From positions 2,356,001 through 2,420,000 of the forward strand of contig JAYWIR010000006.1 of assembly GCA_036172245.1 (NCBI GenBank): a stretch of DNA of 64,000 bases, written 5' to 3'. Below the pieces are notes generated by a model. It had not been told where the DNA came from, made no database searches, and was given only the letters and a program-made list of their open reading frames with translations. This stretch comes from Raillietiella orientalis (lineage: Eukaryota). Shown in pieces: positions 38,207 to 50,750 of the stretch (within the stretch, counting starts at the first letter, position 1; every line of letters begins with the position of its first letter). A program made the translations under genes and the position numbers.

Positions 38207-40300
38207 TTTGTCATCTGGTTGCGCCGGTGCGTTTATTTATATAAAAAATAAACCTACAGGTCAGTGACAAGACGCTTGGTCCTGACACGTGTAAATATAC
38301 CAAAAAGAACCTGTCGAGAACCGGGACGCAGTCCAGCGAGGTTCTCCTCGGCAGCAGAGGAGAAGTGGAAACAAAAAAAAAAAAAAATGAAACAAAAAAA
38401 TATATACAAAAAAATGGGAATGTTCGGGAAGGGATCACCGGGTGCTGGAGGGCGTCCTTGCATCCTATGTAGGATTCCGGCAAGTTCCTGTTTCAAGGTT
38501 CCCAGATGAAGCGATCTTGACGCTATCCTTATGAAGAGGATGGCAGAATGGATGGCGTCCCTGTCGTCCTGGCCTGCTCTGGCTCTGCTCCATGCAGCCA
38601 CGATCCTGCTAGGTAGAAAAGTGTTGCCAGGGATGCAGTGAGGGAGTCGCTTCAGAAGATCTCTGGGGTTGCCCTTGGGGGTCCGCAGGGACGCGGCGAA
38701 GCGTTTTCACAGGAGGCGGAGGGCAACACAATCCATGAGCAGGTGCGGGAGAGACTCATTCTCTTTGCGCCTGCCGCAGTTCGGGCTTAAATTACCCCAG
38801 GCCCAATGGTGTCGGCGGCCTTGCAGCGTTTCACGGGAGGCCTCAGTGCAACAGTAGGGTCAAGCTAGCACTGCTCCAGCACTCTGAGGGCCATTGCATC
38901 TCCTCCGAAGGAATTTCTAGTAGCTCTCCCCAGAGTAGCAGTCTTTTTAGAGGGACCCTCGGAATGGCAGCATCTGTTAGTTCCCGAATTGTCCACGCAT
39001 TTAGATGCCTTCTGTCTTTGGTTGGGAACCAGCGTGTTTCCAGCTGGTTTTTCTTTATAAAACGAACGCCTCTGCGCTACCAGGTGAAAGATTCCCGGAA
39101 GAGAGAGCCAGCTGGATCGGTTTCTTACCACCAGTTCGGATTCCTTTGAGAGGAACCGTCCCCAGAGAGACCTACGTGACACCGTTCCCACGCAGTCCTA
39201 TTCTTTGGCGAAGAATAGGAGCAGCATCAGATGACTCTTTTCATCTGCTCCTCTGACCTGGATGCTGGAGAGAGCTGCTCTCAGAACTCGCCCGGTTTCC
39301 CCGGAGTCCTGACGAGCGGGGGTCCCGTGATCCACGATGTCGAACGGCCTCCTCGGAGCACAGCACAAGGTCTTGATGGATTCACCAGGTCACGAGGGGT
39401 GCTTTGGCGCACGCGGTGCTGCCGGACATGAGACTGCGTGGTTCTCATCGGGGTGAACCAACGCGGCACCACGGTGGCTCGCAAGCGGCTGACCCAACAT
39501 ACTGCATGCTTCCGCCTATTCGACTTCCGTCTCCAACTCCCCCTGGAACTTCTGTCTTCGTTTGGGAGCCGGCTTTGCAACTTTCAACCCCCCTGCCTGG
39601 ACGGGAGAAAGAAACCACGCCGTGGCTCGTCTTCTGCCACTGCTCCTGCAGCGCTGCATTCACGTACCGCGGCGGCAGGGGACAGCACACACGGAAGGTG
39701 GGAAGCCACCTCGTTAGGGCGGAAGATTGCCAGACGCCGGCACGCGAGCTCCCCATCCCCTGCGCTGGGCTCGCCATGAGGGACGGCGTTCGCCCAGCAC
39801 GCGATCCTCGCCCTCGTGCCCGTGCGGAAATTGGTCTTTTCCCTAACCTCCAGCCGGCCCTCCGGTGCTGCGTGTGCTCCTCTTGTCGACGAGAGATCCT
39901 CGCAAGCCTTCCCGGACCCGTGGTCTTGCTCTCTAGTCCCGAAGAGTCCTCAAGGGAAGACCCCCGAAGACTCGTTGTCATCTTGGAAAGATTAAAGGAA
40001 TTTTGCAATGTTGCGGCTTGCACGGGAAGAATGCGGAAGTGGTGGCGGCGGCGGTGGCACATTCTCTCAGCCTCCTCGGATAAGAAGAATTTCGGCGCGC
40101 GCTTGAAATGAGAGGGGCCAAACCTTCTCCTCAACGGGGATGGAACCGGGAGATGCGCGGTGCGCAAACGAACAATCAGGAATGGATAAGACCGGTCTGC
40201 GGGGAGATGCCAGAGGTCAGTGGAAGCCGGACGGAGTCCTTCCCAAGTTTCCATCCCCCTCGAGGCGTCCGGAACGACCTCAGGATGCACGTGGTCAGTC
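38207..40300 (-). mobile_element. Decayed Tx1/L1-like LINE (RT end to 3' terminus)
   Basis: SSGLESKT (SGL.N.SK), LETRWFPT, PNCG..ENESLPHLLMDC knuckle; 3' part homologous to 30.8-31.4 kb. Confidence 0.8.
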
Positions 40301-43300
40301 TCGAACACTCCTCCCCGGGTCGGGAGGTGTTCTCCTTTCCCAGTCTCGAGACCCCTTCCGGGGACTCCCGTCGGGGGGTATTTCTTCCGGGCCTTTCTTC
40401 CGGAGGACGGAGCTCCGGAGTCGTCCGGGAATCGAGGGCGGACCTTCCGCTTCTCGAAGACCTCTTCTCAAGATGGCCGCTCCTCTCCGGGAGCGAGGCA
40501 GTGGCCGGCTGCGCGCTTCCGGATCCTCGCCGCAGCCCTGGTGCCCTGGAGTTCGCGTCCACTTTCCCCTCGTTGTGCGCGTCTTTGGCTATCCTCCCCC
40601 TCCCCCACTCCGCTCTCCCTCCCTCTTTCATCCCCCTCCCCCCCACTGCTTGTTCTCCCCCCATGAATGTTTGATTAACCGCACGCCGCTCGTTTTCTTC
40701 CCTTCCCCCGATCGTTCCGAAACTTCTCGTGACGAGAAGTCGAATTCGACAGAGCCTTTTCAAAAAGGGAGCGGAGGAGGGAGTCCGGATGACGTGCGTC
40801 CGAGCCTTCCGCCGGCTGCCCCGTCATCCGGCCGTGCCAGCGGTGCGTTCTCTGGTTCCTAGCCTGACGGCTGGAGGCCGGCGGACTGCACTCCTCTTCG
40901 CTCATTCGGGTCCATCGTGGCTGCGTCCGTTCCGGGGAGGGAAGAAAGGGTCGCCCGTGTCTTGTACACGAACCCACCTTTCTCTGCAGCTGGGGTTCTC
41001 TCTCGAGGGCCCCAGGACAAGGAGGGGGCATTGTTCGGACGCGTCCGTCGCGGAGGACGTCTTCGAGCTCATCAAGGAGATGAAAGGCCACTGCTTTAAG
41101 GTCGAGAAGACGCAAGTTGCGGAAGGTCCTGCTCTTCCTCTTCGCTTTGAGCGACCTCTGCAGGAATTGGGAGATCTTCATCGGCAGCACGCCGAAACAG
41201 GTGCACGACTTTAGCTACCGCGCGCTGATGATCAGGTGCTTCTTGGTCTCCCTGCACGACGAGCCCAGCAAGCTGGCGGCTCTCATGAAGGACCAGGTGG
41301 AGATGGGCTTTGCTTCCGGCCTCCAGGAGTCTCAGTTCATGATAATACCGGAGGCAGCGATTTCACCCGACCTGGCAGGGGACCAGCGAGCACCGACCTC
41401 TCGGTTTCGAGAGAACGAAAGGGGAACTGAAAGGAGCCGTTGAGAAGGATCCCTAGCAAACATGAGAAGGAGATGAAGGAGTAATTGATGAAGTTGAAGA
41501 ACTGTGGCCTCTCCCTGAGGTACGATCCGGCTGCAGGCAGAGGATGGAGCAAGTCAGGGCTCAACCTGATGCATCTGCCGACCGCTTCGACACTCCGACC
41601 AGAGATATGCTGACCTCGCACATCCCTCCCCTCTCCGGTTGCCGAGGATACGAAACATTAGCAGAAACAGCAGCTGGTGACCACCTCGACTCTGCCCATG
41701 GCACGAAGTTGTCTGGCAGGCAAGCCGCAGGCCACTCTCTGGGGGCGTAGCTCCGCGGCGAGGTGAGTCCGGGGAGAAGAAACGCTCCCACTTCCGTGCT
41801 TCGGAGGGAAAAAAGGGGATCTGGGCGAGGGTCTCCTGCCCACGGGAACCCGAGACCTCGATAGGGCAGAAAGCTGGCTGATGAAGAGAGCGGACGCAAG
41901 GATCGGAGTGGCGTCTGGACGGGCGTTCCTGAGCGAGCGTTCAAAGCAGAGAACCGAGCAGGGGTGACCTGCAGGGCATTTGCTTGGGTTCCCAAAATTC
42001 TCGTCGGTATCCCTCCGCACTCCATCGGGAGTTCCCTTCCAGAAACAGAAAGCTCCGATCCCGCTGCAGGGTCCCCGTGAGACTGTCTCGCTCGGTCAGC
42101 CCTTGCAGCGTCCGTTTTGCTAGCAGCTGTTGGGTGTGGTGAATCCTCCCATCAACTCAGAGCCTCGAGCGAGACACGTCCCCTTCGCACGTGGCAGAAG
42201 GGATGGATCCCCAGCGGCAAACCGCCTGGACCGCTTGCCTCTTCCTGCAGGAGGAAACCGGAAGTTTGAGGAAGTCTCGGAGTTCTGTTCGGAGCCATCA
42301 GCATCCTTCCTTAGAAGCAGTCCTCAGCCCAGCTTCCGATTTCCTCTCTGATTCCCTGCAGGTAAAAATAGAAACAAATAAGAGTAGAGGAAGAGGGGAA
42401 GAAAGGGAAAGCAGCGGAACGGCTCATCTCTTAATTCGGCGTGGCGCTCACCCACGGCAGATTTGCCTTCCAGATGAGAACCCGGATTACTAGATCTCCG
42501 AGGAGAGCTGGCACCTTGAACCGCTAGCTTTGAGGACAAGAGGGTGCCTCAGACCGAAGTCTTCCCTTTGCCTCCTCTCTCTCCCATTCAGTTCCCCCGT
42601 GCGTTTGCGATAATCTGACCGACTGGCAAACTTCCAACGGTCCACTTCTCGTTTCTTCCATGCTCCCTCCTTTTGAGCAAAGATACGTCCTATCCAAAAC
42701 TCTGAGCCAAAAGAGCTTAAAGGAGCGACCCCTTCCTCCTCCGAAAAAAAAGATGGATCCAATTCCAGGATCCGTCCAAGCACGAGATCACTTCTGGGAG
42801 AAGACTCCCTGGAAGCTGCGAATCGCGGAGCTAAAGACCGTGGTAGTCGGAGGGGGAGCATCAGGAACGTTGCAATCTACGCGCATGGGAGCCCAGATGT
42901 GGAGGAGGGAGGTTCCATGATTTCCAGGTATTCGCGAGGAAATTGACTTCCCGCACGAAGATCCCATCTCCCTAAAGGAGGACAAGGCAGTCGTTTCGTT
43001 TGCGATTGGCGTCTGTCAGGCAAGCCCCATGCTCTTGAACGGGGACGCTGGGGAAAAGCTGGAGGAACGCGCTCGAGAGCCCTCTTCCTTTCCTGGCGGA
43101 CTGTTCATCTTCCTGTCCGGATCCTCGGAAATGAGGGGCGGCGGGAGCCAGAGGCACGTCAGCAGTTAGCGCGTCTCGGCTGCTCCCTCGTCCGCCCGCG
43201 AACTGCGCGCGTTTCGTTACGTTCCAGGCGGCGCCCGCTCTGTCCGGTTCCCCTACCGCGCTCGTGCTCTGCCTCCCGGGTGTGGTGAAGGCGGCAGCTG

Positions 43301-45365
43301 ATCGCTCCGCGCAGAGGCTAACGGTGGCTTGCTCGGGAGGCTCGCGGTCACGCGCAGAGCTATCCCTCCGTCCTCGTTCGCTGCGGGCGAAGGACCGGTC
43401 TGCAGCGGGTCCTCAGGAAATGGGTGGCGCCCGTGAGGGTAGCTCTGCCGGGCGGGGGGCTTTCCTCCAGGGTTGTTCGCATGAGGCTCGGTCGTGATCG
43501 CTGCGGCGCTGGCTTTGCCAGCCAGGATCGGAACCTTCAGCCTCTTTTTCTACATCGGCTTGTTCCTCTGCTGGGCGCCAAAAGCCGGTTTGCTGAGGTC
43601 ACCCTCTGGGCATTTCCGTCCAGGTTCCACGAGGCCCAAGGTGCTCCTCTTCGAACCATCCAAGGTGGTGGGAGGAAGACCGGCGAGTTTCGCTGCGACG
43701 AGAGCGGCGCTCTTCGAGTCCGGTACGGGCGTATCGAGGGGTACTTTCTTCGAGTTCCGTCAGAAGGCGCTGCTGCAGGGGAGAACCAAACTGAAGACGA
43801 CTATCGTCTTCGGTCCAAGAACACAGCAAAAACAAACCCAGGCACGGGGGAGGGAGGGTAATGAGTAAATAAATTAGAACGAGCGAGTTCTTCGTAGATG
43901 CTTCCAGAATTTCATTAGCAATATGGCCGCAATTCTTTCTTGGAGCTTCTCTCAATCTGGAATGCTTCGTAAACAATGGGAATTCCGGAAAAGCCAAGGG
44001 AACGAATTGAATTCCTGGAGGGACAGATCCGCTCTGTCTCTCGCGCGGGGAGAGGCAGGAATCGGGTATGGGATTTTGCTCTTTGTGTATGCATCCTCAC
44101 ACGTGGCACATGCACATCATGGGGGCGTTTGGAGAAAGTGAAAGGCACAACAGGTTCTGGTGTAGCCACCGGGGGAATTGGACGATCGCGGAGCAACAGG
44201 AAATCACGGGAAAGACGAGCCATCCCTGCAATGCAGAGGTCTCCGGAAAAGGACAGCCCGTGGCCTCCAAAGAGGTTCCTGCGCAGAAAGCGGTCCCAAG
44301 TTCGCCGAGGCAAGTCCCCCTCTTCCCGAAGGCCCGGCGAGGAAACCAGCAGTGAAGAGCGGGCGTGCGCGCTTCCAAGGCGGCAGCCTTCTTTCAGAGT
44401 GATGGCCCTCGCGTCGGGAAAACCTCAAAGAGAGCAGCACCTGCTCGCTGCAAGTCGCACCACACCATTCGACGCCGTAGAGCGGTCCTCGCTCGGGCAA
44501 ACACGTGCAGAAGAAGCGCTTGGACCCTTGGAAGGAAAAGGCTCCCTGGAAGATCGGGATAAGCTCGCGATGCTTTCCGCACCAAAAAGTGGAACGATCA
44601 AGGATGAGGAATAGATTCGCGAGGAATCGTGAAATCGCTGCCGACTGAATACCCTCTCTCCCTCATCCCCATGTTTAACTTGCTCCTGACGACCTCTTTC
44701 ACCTAAAAGCGGTGGGGGTGGGGAGGGAGGGGGGGACCCATTACCTCTGATTTCGATTCCTTTCTCCCTTTTTCCCCCGCTCAGGTCTCCTCCACAAACA
44801 CACGGTGTTTTTGTTTTCGACGAGATTAAGGTACCGTTTATCCCCGATCGAGTCGCGCGGACGGAGCCCAGCCAGCGCTTTCCCGGATGGGTCCATTTAT
44901 AAGTCGACTTGCCAACAGCGACGAGCGCATCCTATAAGTACAGATAAATGGCTACGGCCTCGCTGTTCCCCTGTTTTCGCCCTTCTCAAATGGATTCCCT
45001 CGTGTCCCTACGATCCGGCGTCGAGTCTTCCGAATGCGCACGGCGGTGGCCTCCTTCATCAAAATAAGTGGATGGTTCCTCAGCGAAGCAAACACAAGGG
45101 AAGAAAGGATCCCAGAAGGAGCAAACATAGCGAGGAAGAATAACCCGATCATGACAATAAATTAAAAACAAAAACAAACAGAAGGAAGAAGAGGAGGAGG
45201 AGGAAGAAAGCATTGAGGATGCGTTATGGCTATTTGGACAGACTTCTTAAATGGGAGGACTCTCTTCTCTAAAAACACAAATGCGATGATGCTGCTCTGG
45301 CTTACTTGGATCCTGCTACTCTGGGAAGCAAGACATCTGTAGAGCACAAAGGAAAGGAAATATGT

Positions 45366-45415
45366 GTACATATATATATATATATATGTACGTGATATAT
45401 ATATATATATCACGT
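45366..45415. repeat. Two adjacent (TA)n-centred palindromes
   Basis: GTAC(AT)nGTAC followed by ACGTG(AT)nCACGT. Confidence 0.85.
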
Positions 45416-46610
45416 GAGCGGCAGCGTGGAGGAAGAGGAAGCAGGCAAGGTCAGATATTCAATTCTCGTTGCGGACCTGTGACACGAAGCAATTAGGAAA
45501 CCGAAGCTTCCGATTCAGAGCTAAAAAGATAAGCGGTCAATGTGCAAGTCATTTGCTGCAGAAGAAAGGCAGCAGCTCACTTTTTCTTTCCTGGGAGGGA
45601 ATTTATTTATGCTCCTCCACGTTGCGTTCCGTGAGCTGCAAAGCAAACAGAAACGCGGCGCCATGGCAACGGTGGACGGAAAAACAAAGAAGAAAAGAAA
45701 AGAATGGAGAAAAATGCGCGAATAAGACACGCTGCTGCGAGACCGTCTTCTTTCCAGGAGGAATTATGAGAACTGTTCCGGATAAAGACACGACAAATTG
45801 GGACAGGAAGTGGCGATGGAGTGCTTGAAAATTTTCGAGCTTCGCGCGTGCACCGCGGCGACTGCAGCTGAGGGTTTCCCATGTCGACGCTTCCCGGAGG
45901 CTTCCAAATCGGGAGCGGACGACCTGCGATTTCCGATGAAATATTTCGGCGCCGTCGAGAGCCAGCGGAAAGCACGAAGTGGGTGGGAGTGCGTGGATGG
46001 AGGGGGGCGACGTGCAGCGAGAGAGAGCCATCCGGTCCTTTCGACATTTCACTCCTGTTCCCATCTCCTTCTATTTTTACCGCGCCTCTTAATATTTCGT
46101 GAATTCATCTTCCGGGCGAGGAAGCCACCAGGACCAGTAGCGCTGTGATCAGCGCCATCCCGGCGTTTCCCGGGGGCAGTCGGTGCTTCGGCTGTTTTCC
46201 TGCCCGGGCCCACGGCATCCACGAAATCAACCAGACGGTGTATCAAGGAAAGAGGAAGGTGGTCTCGCCTTTCCTTTTCGGGAGGAGGGAGGAGGAGGAA
46301 AGGAAATAAATAAAAATAAATAAATTCAGGCTCACGAAAAATTCAGTTTTCTCCTTCTCATTTTTATCTTCTTCCTCCCTTTTCCTTTCCCTCACTGCGT
46401 GTGCTGTGTGACCCTTTGGGTGAGGAGCTCATCAGATTTTAAAACGCTGTGTGATACGCGAGTCGCAGTCGTGACCTCTGTGGACGGACTGCTTTTTCTC
46501 GTACCGCGTGCTCTATCGAGGTCGACTGACTATGTAAAGTGCTGATTAAAGTTACTATTGCAATTCCTTATTTACACCACATTAAATAAAATATTGTCAT
46601 CCTCGGTTTT

Positions 46611-47476
46611 CCCCAGTCCGACATGCGGTGGGGTGAATTTAGTTTCCACTTTCGTTGATACAGGAGTTGGTCAGTGTCACTGGCTTTCACATTTTCTCGC
46701 TTTCGGGGTTGGTCTTCGGGCATCGAGTCACGGAGTCTGCGTGGGGATTTCACTCACTTGACGAGGTTCCCGAATCCTTCGCAGGATGTAACGGGACGTC
46801 CAAGTGGGAGTCCGTCCACAGTTCCTGATCCCAATTTCCCTTTTCACTAATCCTTTCAGGATTTCCACTGCTGGCACACTGTTTATTCCGGTTTTTGCCC
46901 TTCTCACCACGATGCTCGTGATAAAGAGGGTGATGATGGTGGTGCGGGCCATTGGGCTGTATCGGGGAACGTTGCCGTTCCCTTCAAACATCCCTGCCAG
47001 GATCTTCATCCTGTCCATCCTCTGCAGGCCTGTCGCCTCCTTCAGCTTGGCCGAGTCCCGGCGCAGCGTCGGGCAGGCGAGCACGTGGAGTTGGGTTTCC
47101 CTGGCTCCACAGGCCTTGCACATCTCGTCCTGCGCGTTCCCTGACCAGTGTCTCGTCCTCGTGCCGCTCAGGATGCCTCCGTGACGAAATATCAGGAGGT
47201 CCTCCTGAGTGTCGGGTGGTAAAGCGCTCGTCCAGACCGTGGTTCCAACCGCCAGCAGGTTCACCTGGCTCGCGGTCACGCGCAGAGCTTGGAGGTTGGC
47301 GATCACAGACAGAGCTTCTCCTCGTCCGGATTCTTCTTCACTGCTTCTCGGATGTTTCCTCTGGTGATCAGGAGCCAGCAGTTGGATTCCTGATTTGTCC
47401 AAAGCTCTCGATATCTGTGGGTAAATCTTCCCATCATCTTCTTGGTGAGGCGGAGACCGCCTTTTGTCGCATTTTT
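46611..47476 (-). mobile_element. Young 5'-truncated LINE (ORF2 C-terminus) with 14-bp TSD
   Basis: Uninterrupted ORF 46728-47480 with CKACGARETQLHVLAC (zf-RVT-like); perfect TSD TCATCCTCGGTTTT at 46597-46610 and 47477-47490. Confidence 0.9.
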
Positions 47477-47599
47477 TCATCCTCGGTTTTTCAGAGAGGT
47501 GGCTCTCTGGAAAACGGAGAACAGTTAGCCGATATAAATAGAATTTTCTTTACTGTTGCTAAGGGAACTGTAAGAACGTAAGCGTATGCGTCCGTCTCA

Positions 47600-48790
47600 A
47601 ACATGGATAGTATTAACAGTTGCCAGAGGCATAGGTGGGTCCATAGTCCACGCCGGTAATTTTCGTCGGACGCATATATGCATCCACAGCACTCAAAGAG
47701 TTGATGGAAACTTCAGATTTCATGTGTAGGTATTACGAAGATTTGATTTATTGCCTATAAAGTGCAATTCGGTGCTCCGGCACGAGTAGAGGGTGTAATG
47801 GGGAGGTGAAAAGGGGACTTTTACGTGATGTGACGGTGGTGAGGATAGTTTATCCTCTACGAACGTGCGTCCCCCGTGTTCGCACATCGCCGTTTTGGTC
47901 ACTCTGGAGCGATGGATTCTCCCAGCAAAGACCAATGAAGAGTTTTAGCGAAGATGCAGGACGGAAAGGGATGGAAGCGAACCACGGTATGCAAAATTGG
48001 GATACACGAACGTGATTTTGCATTGGAATGGGATGCAATTGCAATTTTGCCTGAGCGGGACAGGTTGAATAATGGAGCCATTGAGTACAAAGTATCCCGT
48101 CGCTCTGATGTGAGGATGGATGAATCGCAAGCTGGTAGATGTACCGGAAGGTGTACTTTGGCAAGGGGGTGAGGGTTCCTTGAAGCGAGGGACCGTCTCC
48201 ACATTGAGGATCGTGGGTGGTTCCGTCGTATCGGATCGAATCGTGGTGGGGAACAGCATAGAAAAAGAGGTGGTGAGTAGAACGGCAGTGCCAGAGCTAC
48301 CTTTCGTACCAGTGTGGAATTCCGGAATCGATCCACTGGGAACGGATATTTTAGTGGGAAGTATCGGATTGAACTGATCAAGTTCTGAAGATGATGTGTA
48401 CACTGACGGATTGATGATGTCTCTGTTTATTAATGGATGAAGAAGTGAAGAAGACAAGCTTGTTTTTTGTGTGTGTGGGTCTACACGTGGGGTGGTGAAA
48501 GGAGTCATCAGATTAGAGATGTCTCTCACAGGGTTTTGACACAGAGTTGGGGTTGGCTCTTCGAGTATTACGTATATTGAATGAATCCTGTAAAATGGGT
48601 GTTTTAATCGTTAGGAGTAAGGGAGGTGAGGAAAGGTGTAAAGGTGAGGCGGATATGGTGAGGAATTTGGCAAAAGTTCACTTGAAATGTTTCTTAAGGG
48701 CGTTTGCTCATGGATGCTGCAAGGCGGCATTTCCCAAACTGCTCCGCGGAACACTGGTGCTCCGAGGAGAGTCAGTAAGTGTTCCGTGAA
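47600..48790 (-). mobile_element. Decayed I/Jockey-like LINE, post-RT and RNase H region
   Basis: NALR..S...SSP-like segment (frameshifted), then FHTGTKGSSGTAV (YTDGSK-like) and TILNVE. Confidence 0.4.
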
Positions 48791-49239
48791 AAATCATGAA
48801 GATTAATATATTTTAAATGATGTCGAGTTCATTTTCACATGTTTTGTTTTACATGATTAAAATTCGAGAAAAAATGTTTGCATTGTTTTCTTAGCTCTTA
48901 TATTTACTTGCCTAATTTATTCATTATTAATATCTGCCTCGCTTATGAAATAACCGAGGTATTCCGTCAAAATTTCAGGATCTGCGAAGCGTTCCGTCAT
49001 AGGGAAAGTTCGGGAAACGCCGCGGTAAGGAAGGGTCGTCTCGGTGCACTGATAAGCCGCTGTGGTGTTTTGCCTGTGCTAAGCCAGCATAGTGATTATC
49101 TACTCAGTTGGCAGCGTGGATGAAAGATTGTGTCGGGAAGAGCTGCCGCATTCTGTGATTTCGGATTTAATTTTATAGCGAAAAGCCTGCGATGAATTCA
49201 CCCTTCGAGGTAGCTGTCGTTTGGAGATTAGAGGGGCAG

Positions 49240-49850
49240 ACTCGACTCTTCAAGTTAGGAGTCACTGCGGCAGGGGACCGCGCTATGAATCCTGGAAGGG
49301 CTCCGGAGGAAGGAGTCCGTTCCTCTCTCACACTTGGGAGGGAAACCCAAAGGGAATCTCTTCCTCCTCCTGTTTCCGGAGGATCCCCCGGGAAATGATC
49401 ATTCCTCATTTCTTCTCCGAAAGGAACCCGGAAAAGATCCGCTCCTTGTTTCTTCCTCTGAAGAGAACCCCGAACGGACGCTTCCGAATTTCTCCGAAGG
49501 GCGCTCCACGAAGGAAGCAGCGCGTTTCTTACACTCTGGAGAAGCAACCCCCGAGAAAGGAGATATCAACCAGCTTCAATGTACGCGATGGTACGGCCCC
49601 ATTTTCATCAGCGGAGGAGAACCTTGGAGGGAATCGGCGCTCCTTGATTCCTGGAAGGACCCCGGAGGGTCAACTTGCAATTCCGTCCAGTCAACGGGGC
49701 ATCCGGATTTCACCGGTGCCGCACCCGGAGCTCGTGGACCAGACAGCGTCCTCCTGACGGGGGAGGAATCGAGACCCAAAAAGCACCCATTTCTCAGCGT
49801 CCATCCTTCCCCCGGGCGGGATTCGAACCCACAGCGCGTGGTACCAACGT
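49240..49850 (-). mobile_element. SINE family A copy
   Basis: B-box at 49819-49829, second degenerate box near 49765, body colinear with 19.5-20.1 kb, terminus GACTCTTCAAGTT. Confidence 0.85.
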
Positions 49851-49959
49851 CAGAGGGATGAGGCTAATATGAGATTTTCGGGAGATTCAGTCTGCGGAGC
49901 ATAATGAAGCAAGGATCTTCGTGGCTAAGAGATTAGTTGCGAGATAGTGATCTCGAAAT

Positions 49960-50750
49960 ACAGGAAAAGTTAGCGGATGAGTACCAGCGCAAGTTTCACG
50001 GAGAGTTCTAATTGATGTGGGAGTTTGGGACCTCGATGTTGAATTAGGTATCCAAAAGGTGTAGAAGATTTATGGCCGCAGTCCGTTCGGCGGAAAACAC
50101 TGCCTGATTCGAGTTTAGATCGGGGTGAGCCGCTTCCGTTTCTTTCTTCGAACGCGATGAACTTCTTCGGAGCGAAGAGATGGGAAAAGCCGAAGCATTT
50201 TTTCGTCTGGGGAAACTTGCAAAATGTACTTCTCGAGGAGGCTGTAGCGTTTTCGAGCGTGGTCCATGGTACTTTGGCTGAGCGTAGGGTGTGCAGTGGG
50301 CAAGGGGGGGACAAACAAGGTGGGCCTGGGAACGGTGCAGTCTGCAAGAAATGCGTTGAAGTTGTTAGGCGAGCGGTATTGGGAATTAGGTGGGGCGTAA
50401 ATCAATTGCCCTGTGGTTTTGCTGGGGATAATGGCGGGGGTAATGAGAGGAGCGATGGGGTTGATGCTGCTTGCATATCTGTTATTTGGGAGGGAAGATG
50501 TATGGAGTGTGAATGAGTGGAAAGGTGGGAAACGGCAAGTGCAGATGTGTTGCTGTAATACGTTCTGTCGCTCAGATCATTTCCTGTGGAGACTGTTGCC
50601 TTGGTGGGAATGCTTATGCCTGTAGGTGAGTATAGACTGGGAGTAGGAGGTGGTTCATGCTTTGCAGGTTAAACAGAGTGGCTATGTGGACTGCTGCGTG
50701 TTTGGCGGAGGTGAATCGCCTGCCTCGTGATGTTTTTTTTCGGAGGCTGG
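49960..50750 (-). mobile_element. Decayed APE endonuclease, I/Jockey-like
   Basis: IYAPPNS...LFV....TAHP (IY.PP...GDFNAH) in ORF 50115-50405. Confidence 0.55.
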
